A stretch of DNA of 64,000 nt from Eledone cirrhosa (lineage: Eukaryota). Position numbers and translations under genes: made by a program. The stretch lies in assembly GCA_964016885.1 (NCBI GenBank), contig OZ024743.1, forward strand, positions 177,196,001 through 177,260,000, given 5' to 3'. Within the stretch, counting starts at the first letter, position 1; each line of letters starts with the position of its first letter. This document shows, one piece after another, positions 13,793 through 28,110 of this stretch. The notes beneath the pieces are model-generated. The model did no database searches, had not been told where the DNA came from, and saw only the letters and a list, made by a program, of their open reading frames with translations.

Positions 13793-14711
13793 TGAAAGCA
13801 AAGCTTTGTGCCTACTAAAAAAAAAAAAAAAAAATCAACATTCATAAAATGTACTTGACTTAAATAGTGCATCAAGAGACAGGAATTTGCTTTGCCATAT
13901 AAGCCAGTCTCCTTCACCCATGTCATTAATTTCCTGTAAGAAAGTCATGAATGTCTCAATAACTTATTTGCTCTTTGTTAAGTTGCAATGGTGAGTTTAC
14001 GGTATACACCACAAATATTTAGATAGGTTATCGAAGGGAAGAAAGATGAATTAAGTCAATAAGGCTAATCACCAACAGATCGATATCACTGACGATGAAA
14101 GAGGGCTCAATAGATCCTCTGTATCAAGTTGGCAGGGAAGAAAATAAACTTGCTCATAAAAATTGATTACTTTCTTACAATATCCATTTATCATATAAGC
14201 ACAAAACAAGGCTATGAATTAGCAGATTCGGTAACGCGTCGGACAATATGCTTTGTAACATTTAGTTCCGGTACTTTATGTTCTGAGTTCAAATCGCTAA
14301 GGTCAACTTTTCATTTCATACTACTATCGGTCGATAAAATAAAGTACAACTCACGCACTGAGGTCGATGCAATCGACGCCGCCTGTCCCTAATTTGTTGG
14401 CCTTGTGGCTAAATTAGAAACCATTAAATAAGCCTGAAACCATATGTATTTAGAAAAAGGATAGAATCGATCGAATCAATCGCATTACACCCCTCTCCTT
14501 CCGGATCAAAACTCAGAACATAGAAGAACAGACTAAATACTGAAATACATTTAAATTGATATTCTGCTGTTAATGTCACTTTATAACCATCATCAACGAA
14601 CAATATTGTACAAATACATTATAGTTGAAAGAGATTCCATCTATCGAGAGATAGATGTGTATAAATAGATAAATAGATGATGTGTGACTACTTCACTTTT
14701 AAAATACTTAC

Positions 14712-14885
14712 TCCATTACCATGTCCTCTTTAGTATGAGCTACCCATTGTCGAAGATCTTTCTCAGAGATATTCATCGCACTCAGTTGTTTAATGAAATC
14801 AGAAGAAAAGGGAAAACTTCTGTTCTCTGCCTTGTTGACATTCTCAATCAATTTGTAGATTCCTAATTTATAAGCTGCCGTCGTT
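14712..14885 (-). CDS. DEG/ENaC channel coding exon 3 (finger domain; absent from the ORF track)
   Basis: Manual translation: R-TTAAYKLGIYKLIENVNKAENRSFPFSSDFIKQLSAMNISEKDLRQWVAHTKEDMVM-E. Acceptor ttgtttcag, donor GTAAGT, 174 nt, phase 2-2. Ends in the family H-x-x-EDM motif. Confidence 0.88.
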
Positions 14886-15045
14886 CTGAAACAAGCAAAT
14901 AAGATATCTACAGTTGAAGTAACATCACTAATGAATTGAAATAGAACATTTTTTTAAATAAATAAACACTTAATTTCATTTGAAGATAGGAAAACAGAAC
15001 TATTTAACACTTCTCTCATAAGCACCAACCAATCAATCAATCAAT

Positions 15046-15096
<51 letters not shown>

Positions 15097-15905
15097 CGTA
15101 TGTATATATATATATATATTGTCAAGAATCGCCAATTTGGCCTGCTTAAGTATTGATTTATAGGATAAGGCGTATGCCAATTTTTAGTTGGATTTTTAAC
15201 CTTAGAACTTCGTGGTTGAAATGTTTTCCTTATCCTAACGTAGATTATTAATTTGTTTTGTATACAACAAACGGTTTTTGTTCGCTAAATTATATGCAGT
15301 GGGACCATAAATGACATACATATTACACATTTACTGGGATAATTAGAGGTAAGGAATTGCCATAGAGCTAAAAATCTATAGACATCAATCCATATGTTAG
15401 GAATTATCAAAACGATAAATACAAAGATCGTGTCTAATAGATAAAAAAAAACATCAGAATTGTATAAGTATTATAAAATTAAATATAAATGTAACTCTTC
15501 TTCTTCGTCAGCCTATAATAAAAGCAAAGTTGACCTAGGCGAGATTTGAACTAAGAGAGCTGGAAAGAATACTGTAAATCATTCTATCCAGACGTTCTAA
15601 CAACTCTGCCAACACGCCACCGCCCAATTAGCTTAATTGAGGACAATAAAAAAAAATTAAGTCCAATTAATATGGAGATAATTACGTCTTTAGAAGTTCT
15701 TCGGATTTCGTTATTTGATAATTACGTTTATAGAAAAAGCAACCCTCCTCCATCACAAATGTATTTATTATCGATCTCAGCTACAGTCCTGTCAACTTCA
15801 ATGGTTATGAAACCACCTAAGTCTCTTTATGGTTTTATATTATTGTGTACCAAGGCGCTTGTGGGAATATAATTGTTAAAAGGTAGATGTGTGCTGAAGT
15901 ACTAC

Positions 15906-15982
<77 letters not shown>

Positions 15983-16012
15983 ATAGTAGTAGCAGTAGTA
16001 GTAATATATATA

Positions 16013-19000
16013 TGGTTTCATTTATTGTCCATAAGGGCCGACATATAGGGGACAATAGAGTAGGCGGGGACAGTGGGAGTTTTACACAAAAATCGAGTAA
16101 AAAGTAGGAAAATAATAACAATAAACAAGAAAAATACAACAATGAAAGTTCGCCAATGGGGGGGGGGAGATAACCAACCAGGGTTGACACAGGTACCCCA
16201 CCAATCCTGAACACCTAACGCTTCGAGGGCACCCGGGAAGGACACCTATCTCTTCCTCAAATTCACCAGTCTTCAGACGCATGATCACACGGGCCATTCT
16301 CGCCACATTCACCCACCTTTCAGCAAATGTACTGGGGGTCAACACTTCTCTCTCCATCCCTACCTGCCTTTCCAAGTGAAATTTGAAAAGGTTGCCTGTA
16401 GAGTTTATCTCGAACCGGCTGTGCCCACCGGTAACACTGCCAAGCGAGGGATTTCTGGAAGTTATCCATCGTCCTCGGCTCGAAAGTCCTCCGGAACAAA
16501 CTGGCCAGTTCGACTTGGTCGACGCTCAGAGCCTCTCCGAGTGCGTCGTCGCACTTCCCCACCACTAATCCTCTATAGAACTCTAGATTGGAAGTTCCAC
16601 TGACCGCATTGCCTGCCTGGCAGAGGGCAGTGAGTGCCTAGCAACATTTCTTATCAGCGTCACAACTCCCCGGCTCACACAACTGGGAATGTTCCCGTTC
16701 TGCTGCCAGTTGCAATAGAGCACTTCGAGGAGATCGGAGAACGAGTCTGGAGTCTGGCATATATACGTAAAGGGCAGACCAACCAAGCCGGATGACTTGT
16801 GCCTCGTGCAGCCGACAAGGGCATACTGAATTTTGGCTGAAGTTATTGGTCTATTGCAGCGCTCAGCGTCGGTCCTCGAGAGGCGCGGCAAGCCGTTGAG
16901 GAAGGGGCTGAAGTCCACTACCGTCTCTGATCCGCCACTCCCAGTGAAAAACCGAGCAATGTGCTGGCAAAAGGCCTCACACATCCACCTGCAATTACTC
17001 AGCTGGTGTCTGTCTCGGTCCGTCAAAGATCTAATTGTGGTTTTATTACCACGCTGCGCCGCTGCCACGCGGGCCCGTCGAATGGCTTTGGTTCCCTCGT
17101 TATCAGCTCGCCCTCCATTTTTTTCTCGGACGCTACTTATTTACTAAAGCCTATTGAAATTACTCTAATCTCTCTTTTGAGAGACCCCCACCATCTGTTG
17201 TTGTCGACCACCCCTGTCAACCTTTGCTTAACTAAATTGTTGACCCGGTTCCTGTAAGCCTTACCTGCCGGACAGGACATGTTCAGCTTCCAGTAACCAG
17301 GTCCTAACCTACGCGTCTTATCTAGGTCGACTATACAGATCACAAACTTGTGATCTGAATAGGCGACCATTTTAAAGCGTGGACAGCCTACACTATTTCT
17401 ATCAATTTTCCTAATAACAATCCTGTCTATATACGATCTAGATGACCCTAAGCGGTTGGTCCAGGTTCACACTAGTGCATTGGGGAAATCTAGTCGGTAC
17501 CCGTCAGACAGTTGGAACTGTATGATCAGGTACTTGAGTCTTTTGCACCCCCCGCTCCTATCAGCTACTCTCATACAATAACACCGTGCGTCTAAGGTGC
17601 TGTTCCAGTCTCCCGCTAACAGTAAAGGGCGAGACGTACCCAGAAGAGCTCCCAGGCGCCTAAAGAAATCCGGCCGTACGGCCCTGGTAGAGGCGTAGAC
17701 GACCACTAGTTTAAAGGCACCACCTTCGCTATTGTTCATGTCCAGGACCAACAACCTACCATTCGGATCCTGGAAGATAGACCTTACCTCGAGATCCAAA
17801 CCTTTCCTAAACAGCACTGCCACCCACCTCCCATTCCCGGCCGACAAACAGATGCAAAGATCTGATAGTCGTCGAACATGGCGGTTAGTGTGCGCGTGTC
17901 GGAAATCCTAGTCTTACTAACGGCAATTATATCCATATCTAGAGACCTGAGGTCGTTGAGAAGGCGACTCTGCTTCCAGGGCAACGACTTGACCTCGAAC
18001 ATTTAAACTTCCTACTCTTAACATGTTGGTAGGCTAAAAGAGAGAGGGGAGGCTTACTTACCTTCTGGGATCTTGTGAATGTCGGGTGGTTCGACATCCA
18101 TAGTTGGTGGGGTTTCTTTTGGGAACCCCTTTAAAAGTCTTGATGTGGGTTTTACGTTCGGGATTCCCACGTCCCGAGGAAAGCTCTCTCGAATTCTTTT
18201 GTGGGAATCGAGTGACATTCGCAGCAGAAACAAATCTTCTGGCACGCGAAATGTGCTCGAATCAAAAATCTCCCCCACTGTTTGTATTTCTTTACGTCGT
18301 GCTACGAGAGCCATCAATTCCTTGTTGGCCCTTCTGACAAGCATAAACTTTTGTATGTTTTGTTAGTGCGGTTTTATTTTGCGTGACTGTGGTGATGATT
18401 TTGTTGGTGTTGTTTTGGTTGTGTCTGTGTTTGCTGTGAGTGCGGTGTCTGGTTTCAGATGTTTGTGTGTGTTTGTTCTTGTTTAGGTTGTTTGTGTTTG
18501 GGGGATTCTGGTGCTGGTGCTGGTGGTGTTGATGTTGATATTGTTGGGGAGATGTTTTTTGGGGTGGTGCGTGCATTTTTTATTTTAGGTGTTTTTGTGC
18601 TTTGTGGTGTTTTTTTCTTTGTGTATTTTCTTTTTTGCCTTTTGGGGGATGTTGGATTTCCCTCATTTTCCAGTGGTGAAGGTCTGTGGCTGTAAGTGTG
18701 TTTGTCTGTGTGTGTATGTTTTTATTCATGTGTGTATTTGGGGGGAAGGATGGGAGTGAACTCCTACCCCCACCCCCTGGGTGGCCAATGTTGGTGGTGG
18801 CGTTTCCATTTGTGTTGTTGCTGGTGCTTTTGCCGGTGCTTGTCTTGGTGGTGCTCTTCGCCCCGGCGTCTACAGCAGTGGAGCCCTTCGACCCCTTGCA
18901 CCTTTCAGAAATTGAGGGCAGAAGGCTCACAAAAGGGTTGTTTTTCTTCAAACGAAATAATGCGGCCTTTTGCCCTCAGTCATTATATCTATCACCGTCC

Positions 19001-19530
19001 CGTTCTGAAAACGGATGTGGTCCGGGATTATTTTTACACTCTCGAGCCTGATCTGGAGAAGTATCTCCAGGTCAACCCCGGATTGTCCTCCCTAGCAGAA
19101 CTTGTGACCTCTATCGGGACGGTATCCGTCCCCTCCACAATCACACATACCAGGAGCCACCACATAAGTCCTGGTGGGATCCTGGACATGCGGAGACGAG
19201 CAGTTCGTTTTCCCTATGTGGGAGGGGTACATCAATGCCTTGTTGTTTTTGCAAAGTGTCATTGCATGTTTTATAGCGAGGGCTTCTGACTTAAACAGCA
19301 TATAAATGGCACGTATTGTCTGCCACTCGCTATGTATTTGGTGTCATCCGTGATGCACCTCAGCTCATCTTCAACAATCTGCCTGTGCAAATAAAGCCGC
19401 TGTCTTTGTTTCTGCTGAGATGCCTCTGAATTACACCGGTCTACGCTCCACTGATTCAATGGCTTCTGCCGGGACAGTTAAGTTGGCCCAGGTTTGCTCT
19501 TAAGATATCGTACTATTTGAAACTTTCAAA
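16013..19530 (-). mobile_element. Decayed L1/Tx1-clade LINE (ORF1, APE endonuclease, RT with internal deletion)
   Basis: APE motifs DIIAVSKTR, LLLAGDWN, YSDHK, GPGYWKLN. RT N-terminal KSSGLVGLP (KSPGxDG-like) and GVVTLI. ORF1 remnants at about 18054-19400. AATAAA near 16021-16026, next to a microsatellite. Confidence 0.85.
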
Positions 19531-19616
19531 CATTAACTGAATGATCACTGAATAGTGATGAGTAGATCAGTGTTGTGTAGAAATTTCAAAGTAGAAAATG
19601 CCTCTTTTCTACATAG

Positions 19617-19752
<136 letters not shown>

Positions 19753-19858
19753 TACACGCGTGCACACACACATATGTATACATATATATATATATATACA
19801 TATATATACACATATATACATATATATACACACATATATATATATACATATATCTATC

Positions 19859-19911
<53 letters not shown>

Positions 19912-20297
19912 ATAATGATGAGCTGCGCGTTGCAAATGGGGTACATATGAAAAAGTAAGTCCTTCATCAGTGACCCTCCAACCGTCCCAGGCATTTCATC
20001 GCTTTAAGGGCCATATACCTCAGGTTGGTGCGAACAACGGCTAAAAAAAGTCGTTGGGACACGTAAATAAAGGGGACGTTAGGGTAACAAACAAAATGGT
20101 TTAAGCAACGGAAAGTGAGAAGAAAGAGACAAGTCCCAGATTTCTATGAATATAAACTCGGTGAAATCGTGAACAAGAGACAAAAGACCATCAAACCTGG
20201 TTGAAATGTGAGCAAGGAAGGAATTTCGCACAGGTCTAACGGGAGGAAGAAGGGGTCTGGTCTGCGAATTCGGTAAACATAAGTTCTGTGAAGTCGC

Positions 20298-20357
<60 letters not shown>

Positions 20358-20735
20358 AAATTTCATACCGGCTTGACCAAGAACGCGCGAGAAAAGAATT
20401 ACACACAGGTCAAACGGGAAGAAAGAGGAGGAAAGAGGAGGAGGAGGAGGAGAGGTAGTGACAGAGAATGAGTGAGTGGAAGTTGAGGAGGAGGCTAACA
20501 GAGAGAGAGACTGCTAGAAAGGGTAAAGATACAAAGAACGAAACAGACGGGTGGCAGCAGAAGAAAAATTATGTGTAAATATGATAATAATGATGAGCTG
20601 TTTGTTACCCTAACGTCCCCTTTATTTACGTGTCCCAACGACTTTTTTTAGCCGTTGTTCGCACCAACCTGAGGTATATGGCCCTTAAAGCGATGAAATG
20701 CCTGGGACGGTTGGAGGGTCACTGATGAAGGACTT

Positions 20736-20789
<54 letters not shown>

Positions 20790-22911
20790 TATATATATAT
20801 ACATATATACATATATGAGTTCCGATTTAGCTGTCGAAACGGCCGGAGATCAGCCGTCGGGGTCCTGACTCATTTCCTATATATATATATATAGAAGATC
20901 CCGTTAAGGGTGAAAGCAGCGATCATTTGCTAAAACTTTAATCTGTTATTCTAATAAATGTCTGCTCTATGGTTCTTATATATTTGATATATATTTATCC
21001 TTATCGAGTCCTTTTGGGATTTTAGTTTTCACATTTATTATTATTACTATATATATATATTGAAAAGTTTGTGAATCCCAGACGCAGAAAAATTGTAATG
21101 ACATTCAGTTGCCATGAGAAATAGCTTAGAAAATAGGATAAAATCTCTCTAGAGACTGCAAAAGTAACCAGCAGCCTCTACAGAGACTCCAACTTCGCAT
21201 CTCTCGACTACCGGCCAAGTGCTTTACCATTACGGTAAGGGGCAGCCAACAACACATTCCTTGGCAGCAGACCACTTTTTCCGTCTCTATAGGTATTTCA
21301 TCCGATTTCCTAAGCTATTATTTATAGCGATCGACTACTGTGTTATAGTTATGTTTTGCATCTGGGAATAAATATGAACTAGTTAACCTCGAGTATAGCG
21401 GGCAAAATCTCAACCCGATACTCCATTTGACATCTACATTTATAAATGTGGCCCTGAAACACATATCATTTCATTTATACTGTAGATATTTGTCAAACAT
21501 CGTTGTGGTTGTTTCGCTCTAGGCCAGCTTTGATCGTGCAGACCCCCTGATTAAAGATATCCCGGCCATGGTCATCTAATATTTTTGTATATCCAATGCA
21601 TTCTTCTCTGTTTTAAGACGGAAGGGCAACATACATGTGAAGTTTGGCTGCTTAGTTCAAGTTAATATATTTCTTTCACCCTACCTTTCTTGTCCCCACT
21701 CCTTTTCGCTTATTCTTCCTCATCCTTATACCCTGTTGGTAAGCTTGTGTAGTTTAAATAATCCAAAAATTCTCTCATTTCGTTCTAAATGCTAACAGCG
21801 TAAAATCTAATAAAAAAACCCTGCTTAATTGGGAATGGCAGCTGAGAAAATGGGAAAATAAATCAATAAAAAAAAGTAGTAATAATCTGTGAAAGGTTCT
21901 ACAAGGTAAGATCATTGATGGTATCTAAAAATGTGTAATTTTCTACTTGTTATTGTATATTAATAAAGAACGGTTGTTTAAGCAAAGTCACTAATCAGAA
22001 TACATGCGAGAAAGCGAGGGAGTCATGTAATGGCGACTGAATTTAAAGAAACTAACTCGTAAACGTTTTGTTTCGGTTAAACTCAACAACTTTCTGAGCT
22101 CAGGTATCATAAGATGTGTAACAGCTCGATATTGGAAGCGTAGCTGTTTTTTTTTTTTTTTAACATCAACTTAAGCAGTTCAAATATAAAATGGTGAATA
22201 CCAATAATAATGCCAGTGTTTTGATTTTTATGCTCTTAAATCAAATGAAATACATCTCAGGAAATGGTAAAAATTTCAGTTAAAAACAAAACATAAAACA
22301 TGTCTTCCTTCTAGTTTTCTCTTTAAAATAGGTCGCATACTATTAAGAAAGAAAATCTCCATAACTCTATACAAAGCTGCCAAACTTTAAAAAAGCAAAT
22401 GGGGAGTACCATAAAAAAAAGTGCCCCAAAACGAGGAGAAATGCGGCAAAAAATGGTGAGATTTTACATAACGAAAGCTATACCCATTTTCACAAGAGAA
22501 GACATCTTTCACCTACCCCATGTTGGGTTGGAGATCTGTCCGTCGGACGGGGAGAATTGACAGGTCTGCTTTAAAAGACGAAGTTCAACGTTTACTGCGA
22601 ATCTGAAGAATTCCCGTCACTCCAGACTCTGCTCATCGTCATGGGCGTCAGACGTTATTCGTGTTTAGAGGATGTACCTGCTGCTACTATGCAACATCCC
22701 ATTGGTTATTAAACCCACAATGTAAATATTTTCCACCACCAGATTGACACCGGCTTTGAAAGCGAAATTTTCCAAAATTATTCTATAAAACCTAGTTTCC
22801 ACTAATGTTACATTACATTTCTGTAAATTTGGTATATAAAGCGTATGTTTTAGATCAAAATCTAGATGTAATGGAGCAAAACTGATTTCATATGCAGAAA
22901 GAGCTCATTAG

Positions 22912-23035
22912 AATTAGTTAAATCCACCCTAAAATTAACCAATTTCACCCTAAGATTAGCTAAAATCACACTAAAATTAGCAAAATTCACCCTAAAATCA
23001 GCTAAATTCACCATAAAATTAGCTAAATTTATCCT
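22912..23035. repeat. 21-bp degenerate tandem repeat
   Basis: aaaattagctaaattcaccct, about 6 copies. Confidence 0.8.
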
Positions 23036-24067
23036 ATGTATCTCTTGTTAAAGAAACGTTTCATTTTGTCATGCAGTATAGTTGGTGCTATTTTTACTTA
23101 CTTAATACACTAAGGAAAATCATGAATATCGTAATTTTATTTCCTTCATATTACGAAAGATACAGGCATGATTATCGTATGATAGACATCCCTCTTCATG
23201 TAAGGGCCGACTTTATGCTGTTTAGCCTCAGGTCAGTCACACCAACGTTTAAATCCTGTTCACACTGTCTTATTTTGTCATATACTGTATCTAGAGCTAA
23301 ATTATCCAACGGTGATACCTCTCACTTGCAAGTAATAGTAATGGTTCAGAAGCCGACACCATTCACTCACAAATAGAATTACTGTGTGTGTGGCCGTGGG
23401 TAGACAATTGTCTTTCCTTAGTTGTAAATAACAGTAATAGTTTAGAAAATCGTCCCCACTGACTTGAAAATAATAGGAATAGTTGTCACCTCTTATTTAC
23501 AATATTTTCAATGATATTCTCGATAAAGTCGTAGGAGCGTCGTCCTGGCACAGAGCTCGTTTGGGGTACTTTAAAATGTGACGGAGCCCATCTTTCTCTC
23601 GCCTGGTCGGAACACAGCCGATTTCTTTCAGATAATGTGAATGGGAGAAAGAGAGAGAGAGTTAGAGAGATACAGAGAGTGAGGGAGTGAGTGAGAAAGA
23701 GAGGGGAGAAAAAGAATCTACCTTAGATGCTATTATCATTTTTTATTGACCTCTAAAGTATGAAAGGCAAAGTTGACGGCGGTGTGATTTGAACCGGAAC
23801 AAGTACAGTAACAGTTTTAAAACCAATGACTTAACGACTTTTTTAATTCAACGCCTGATTAATTGACATTCATAGTCTTCAACCACGCCCTGCTAATAAT
23901 GGTTTCTGATTTAGGTACAAGGCCAACAACTTTTGGGGTAGGAGATATATATCTAACCCAAATTATTGGTGTAGGGGATATATATCTAACCCAAATTATT
24001 GTATTTGACGTTTATCTTCCTCTTCATCAACAACTAAAACAACTAAAACATCTCCCTTCATACATAC

Positions 24068-24235
24068 CTAAATGCATTCTGGTTACATATTGTGATTGTT
24101 GGGAAAAGCAAGGAATCGTTGTAATTGACATCCATGAGGACACTAACAGGCCATTGGTAGAAGTATAATATGCGGTCAAGGACCTGGATTAAAGCTGCTA
24201 CCATACAGCTCATCAGAAGAAGTAACCAAATTATC
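24068..24235 (-). CDS. DEG/ENaC channel coding exon 2 (TM1 and FPxxTICN motif)
   Basis: R-IIWLLLLMSCMVAALIQVLDRILYFYQWPVSVLMDVNYNDSLLFPTITICNQNAF-R. Acceptor ttgtctag, donor GTATGT, 168 nt, phase 2 to phase 2. Confidence 0.93.
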
Positions 24236-24955
24236 CTAGACAAAAGAAAACACAACACAACAAGAAAAAATAAACTACGAAAACAAAATTGTAAATAAAA
24301 ACATTTACTTCACAGAAAACTTTCAAATTTAATCAATAACTAGCTAGATCTACCCTTCCTTAACCCTAACCCTTCCTTAACCCTTACCCATTTTCTCATT
24401 ACTTAATTTTGCTTTTATATTTCTTTTTCATATTTATATAATCATCAGAGAAATAATTTACTTTAATTTAAAAAAAAAACCTCCAGCGTAACAAGACTCA
24501 CTATAGAATTATACAAACTGACTTTGTCCACACAGTCACAGCTAACCGAGTGGTTGTAATGTTTTTTTAAATAATTAAGATATCAATAGTGAATTACTGT
24601 TTACTTCAATTCCTGTAGTGTTAAACCAACATAGGACTTTCTCTCTGTGGTCAGTTGACATGCTAGAATTAGTAGCCAAATCACCCCCAACTCACTCTTT
24701 CCAATTATGTCGATATATTCTATTGTATAATATACTATACTGTATAGTATTGTACAGTATACTATTCTGTAGTATAGTAGTAGTAGTAGTAGTATGTTAA
24801 TAACTTTTCCAAATTACTGTTCATGTTTGTGTGTATAGTTTGCACGAGGGAAGTTGGTTATACAGAATACGTCTTTGAGCAGTTGTGTATTGGAAAAGGC
24901 AAGAGTTTATTACTAAGACTCAAGAGGTTATTTTACATTGTGAATATATCCATGA

Positions 24956-24995
<40 letters not shown>

Positions 24996-24999
24996 GTTA

Positions 25000-25820
25000 A
25001 TTGACAAAATCAATAACAAAGGTATAACCATCAAATCCCGCATCAGCTCTAGGCACCTCTCTAAATATCTCACTGACCCTGACCTTGCGGATGATATTGC
25101 ACTTCTTGCAGACTGCCTAGAAAATGGGCAACAACTTTTGACATCTCTCCAGGAAGCAACCGCCCTTGTTGGCCTTCATCTCAACGAGGATAAAACAGAG
25201 TACATATCAAACTGTACAGGCAACATCATCAAAGCAATCAACGGCAGTGATATCAAGCAAGTCAAGGATTTCAAGTATCTTGGGGCCTGGATCATGGACT
25301 CTGAGAAGGATTTTGCCACCAGAAATGCCCAATCATGGTCAGCTTGCAACAAGATGGATCGAGTTTGATGCTCACATCTTTCCAACCACACCAAGATTAG
25401 ACTCTTCCAAGTAACAATTCAACAAATCTTGTTATATGGAAGTGAAACATGGATGCTTTCCTCCAAACAGCAAAAGCACCTTTATGGCACTTACACTCGC
25501 CTTTTCAACGCATTCAGAACATAAACTGGCGACATCTGACTTTGAGAGAGATATATGCCGGCCTACAACGCATATCTATCGTTGTACGTAAAAGGAGAGT
25601 AAGATTTGCTGGTCACTGCCATCGTGCCACCTATGAGGCTGTGTCCCATTAGTGCTTTGGAAACCACAAGCAGTCACTAATAACAGGGGGCGCAAGCTCT
25701 CCTATCCCGATGTCATTTCCAGAGATTCTGGTACTTGGCAACGGCAATGAACGACAGACCCACGTGGATATCAATTGTTGAGTCCATTTCGGCTGCTGCC
25801 GCGGATGAGGATGATGACTA
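25000..25820 (+). mobile_element. 5'-truncated RTE-like LINE RT fragment
   Basis: DLADDIALL, GLHLNEDKTE, DFKYLGAWI, ILLYGSETW, RVRFAGHC; short (GAT)n tail. Confidence 0.85.
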
Positions 25821-26309
25821 ATACTACTTTGTGGAGATATCATGAAACCTTTCTTTCCATCTCACACGATCCAACGTTAACTGCCACATTGCTTTAACGG
25901 ATAAATTTGTATTTTTCTCAATGAATCTCTTTAGGAACATAACTTAATGATGGTTCTTATATAAAATTATGATGAGAAGTTTTTACTACTACTACTACTA
26001 CTAAATTCACCCATTTCTTTGTGGTGACATGATAAAAAACTTTCACACGATCCAACATTAACTGCCTTGGGTCTTTACTGGATAATTCTGTATTTTCCTC
26101 AATGATTCTCTTAAAAGACTTGAGTGTTCAGCGTTTGCATTTCTCATTAGGAAAAGGGTTTATAGCAGGTTCGTTGACTATCATGAAGCCGCTTGACACA
26201 GATGGTATGGTTTCACATTAATGGGTTCCCATAGCAAATGTTTCGTCGCAGGTTCGTTGCCGCTCATGATATGACCTGCAAGTTGAAGACACCTGACACA
26301 GATGGCATG

Positions 26310-26344
<35 letters not shown>

Positions 26345-26349
<5 letters not shown>

Positions 26350-26600
26350 GTTCGTTGCCTGTCATGTTATGACCTGCAAGTTGAAGACTCCTGACAAAAT
26401 TGGTATGGCTAATTGGCGGGAGGTTGCCGTAGAGAATTTTGTTAGTAACCCAGTCAAGAAGTTTGATGTATTTTATCCTTCTTAGCATTCGTGTTTAGTA
26501 ACTATCTAAAGTTTGGTGATATGTATTGTGACCGGCCATCATTCGCATGAATACAATAAGAGTGATTCCACTGTAGCTTTGTATAATCTAACTGTTGTTG
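26345..26600 (-). mobile_element. RTE-like LINE fragment
   Basis: ATVESLLLYSCE*W-like sequence and MLRRI...WVTNKILYGNLPPISH...LQLAGH. Confidence 0.6.
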
Positions 26601-27558
26601 TAAGGATGAAAGTAAAAAATAACCTTGGCGGGATTAGCTTAGCTTTTCATCCTAACGTGGTCGATAAAATAAAGTACCAATTAAGTACTGGGGTCGATAT
26701 AATCGATTTTCCTTTCTCTCAAATTATGGGCATTTTTTCAATGTTAGAAATAACCAGTAATAATAATATTGTATGCGGTGTTTTCTTTTCTTTCTCCTGG
26801 TTGTTCAGAACGATCTGTGTGGTACGATGTAGTATCAAGACAGTGTTGTCATAGAGCTTATATACTGTCTGAGCTGGGCAGTGGGCTGAGATCATGCTGG
26901 CCTACAAAATTGCTCAGTACTAGTATTAATACGATACTGTTCCCTGCCCACGAATGTTTGGCCTTGCGTCTATGTAAGAAATTATTATCTAATATCTTAA
27001 TTCCTTTGTTAAGAAAGCATAATTTGAGATTTGGTTGCTATTTCTCGCAGCTGAACATCCACCTACATGCTGCTACATTGGTCCGTATATATAAAACAGA
27101 GTATTTGGCTGAACTGTCTGGTAGAGATATTGTATTAACCGGTCAATTTTTATTTACTGATCTTGATCTCCGAATATTAAGATGCATGGTGTACCTTGAC
27201 AGTCTCCTAATATTGATATCACTACTGACGCCAGTGTATAGCTGGTTAGTCCCAGATCGATGGCAGTGAATTGGCTGAGTAATTGAATCATTCGACTAAA
27301 TGTCATGGTATTTGTTCCAGCTCTCTGCGCTCTGAGTTCAAATCCAGCCAAGTTTAATTTGGCCTTTTAACATTCAGTCAGGTACTGGGGCCGATTATAT
27401 CCCCTATATCGCTTTATCTCACCCCCACCCCACCCTCTCTATCTTATATGTCCTTGTCCCCCTCTCTTTGTGTTTCTTTCTCTGAAAGAAATTTGTTGTA
27501 TTTCGACCTGGAGAGGGATACCCATGACACGACATGTTTGAGTAAGGCGCTTTTACGA

Positions 27559-27885
27559 CGTCGGATGTCCAAATTGTAACTGTGGTTAACCCTATAAACT
27601 CTTACCAAAGACGGATACCCAAATTCTAACTGGTTAACCCTATAAACTCTTACCAAAGACGGATGCCCAAATTGTAACTGGTTAACCCTATAAAGTCTTA
27701 CCAAAGACGGATGCCCAAATTGTAACTGGTTAACCCTATAAACTCTTACCAAAGACGGATGCCCAAATTGTAACTGGTTAACCCTATAAACTCTTACCAA
27801 AGACGGATGCCCAAATTGTAACTGTGGTTAACCCTATAAAATTCTATCGAAGATGGATGACCAAATTGTAACTGGTAAACCCAGT
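27559..27885. repeat. 48-bp minisatellite, about 6.5 copies, in the channel intron after the first coding exon
   Basis: Unit gacggatgcccaaattgtaactggttaaccctataaactcttaccaaa. Confidence 0.95.
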
Positions 27886-27928
27886 ATGGTTTTATGTTGT
27901 AATGGCTAAGACAAACATTTAGTCATAC

Positions 27929-28110
27929 CTGTGAGGTGCTTTTCTGCCCTTTGAGAAAGCATTTTTCAAACCGTGCGCACTGCAGTTCAATGCAAAATCT
28001 AAGAACATATTAGGAGGCTCTCCATCATCCCGTGGGTCTGTAATGGTTTCATTGAAGGGGGAATCTTCTTCAATATTTCTGTGTTCAAAATGATTTCTAA
28101 CCGATGACAT
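27929..28110 (-). CDS. DEG/ENaC (ASIC-like) channel, first coding exon (cytoplasmic N-terminus with HG motif)
   Basis: MSSVRNH...FLDFALNCSAHGLKNAFSKGRKAPH-R contains the conserved pre-TM1 HG motif. Donor AG|GTATGA at 27928 (phase 2). An acceptor ttttctgtttacag lies 20 nt upstream of the ATG (exon starts at 28130), implying an upstream non-coding exon. Confidence 0.85.

Noticed and set aside
13855-13934. Possible cassette exon with a good acceptor (ctttcttacag) in channel intron 3
   Set aside because: The nearby donor candidates do not restore phase 2, there is no family similarity, and exons 3 and 4 already join seamlessly.
24350-24390. Telomere-like taaccctaaccc
   Set aside because: Only about two hexamers, degenerate and interstitial.
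27444-27800. 118-aa ORF with a 16-aa repeat on the gene's strand
   Set aside because: Product of the 48-bp minisatellite; exon 1 already splices in phase to exon 2.
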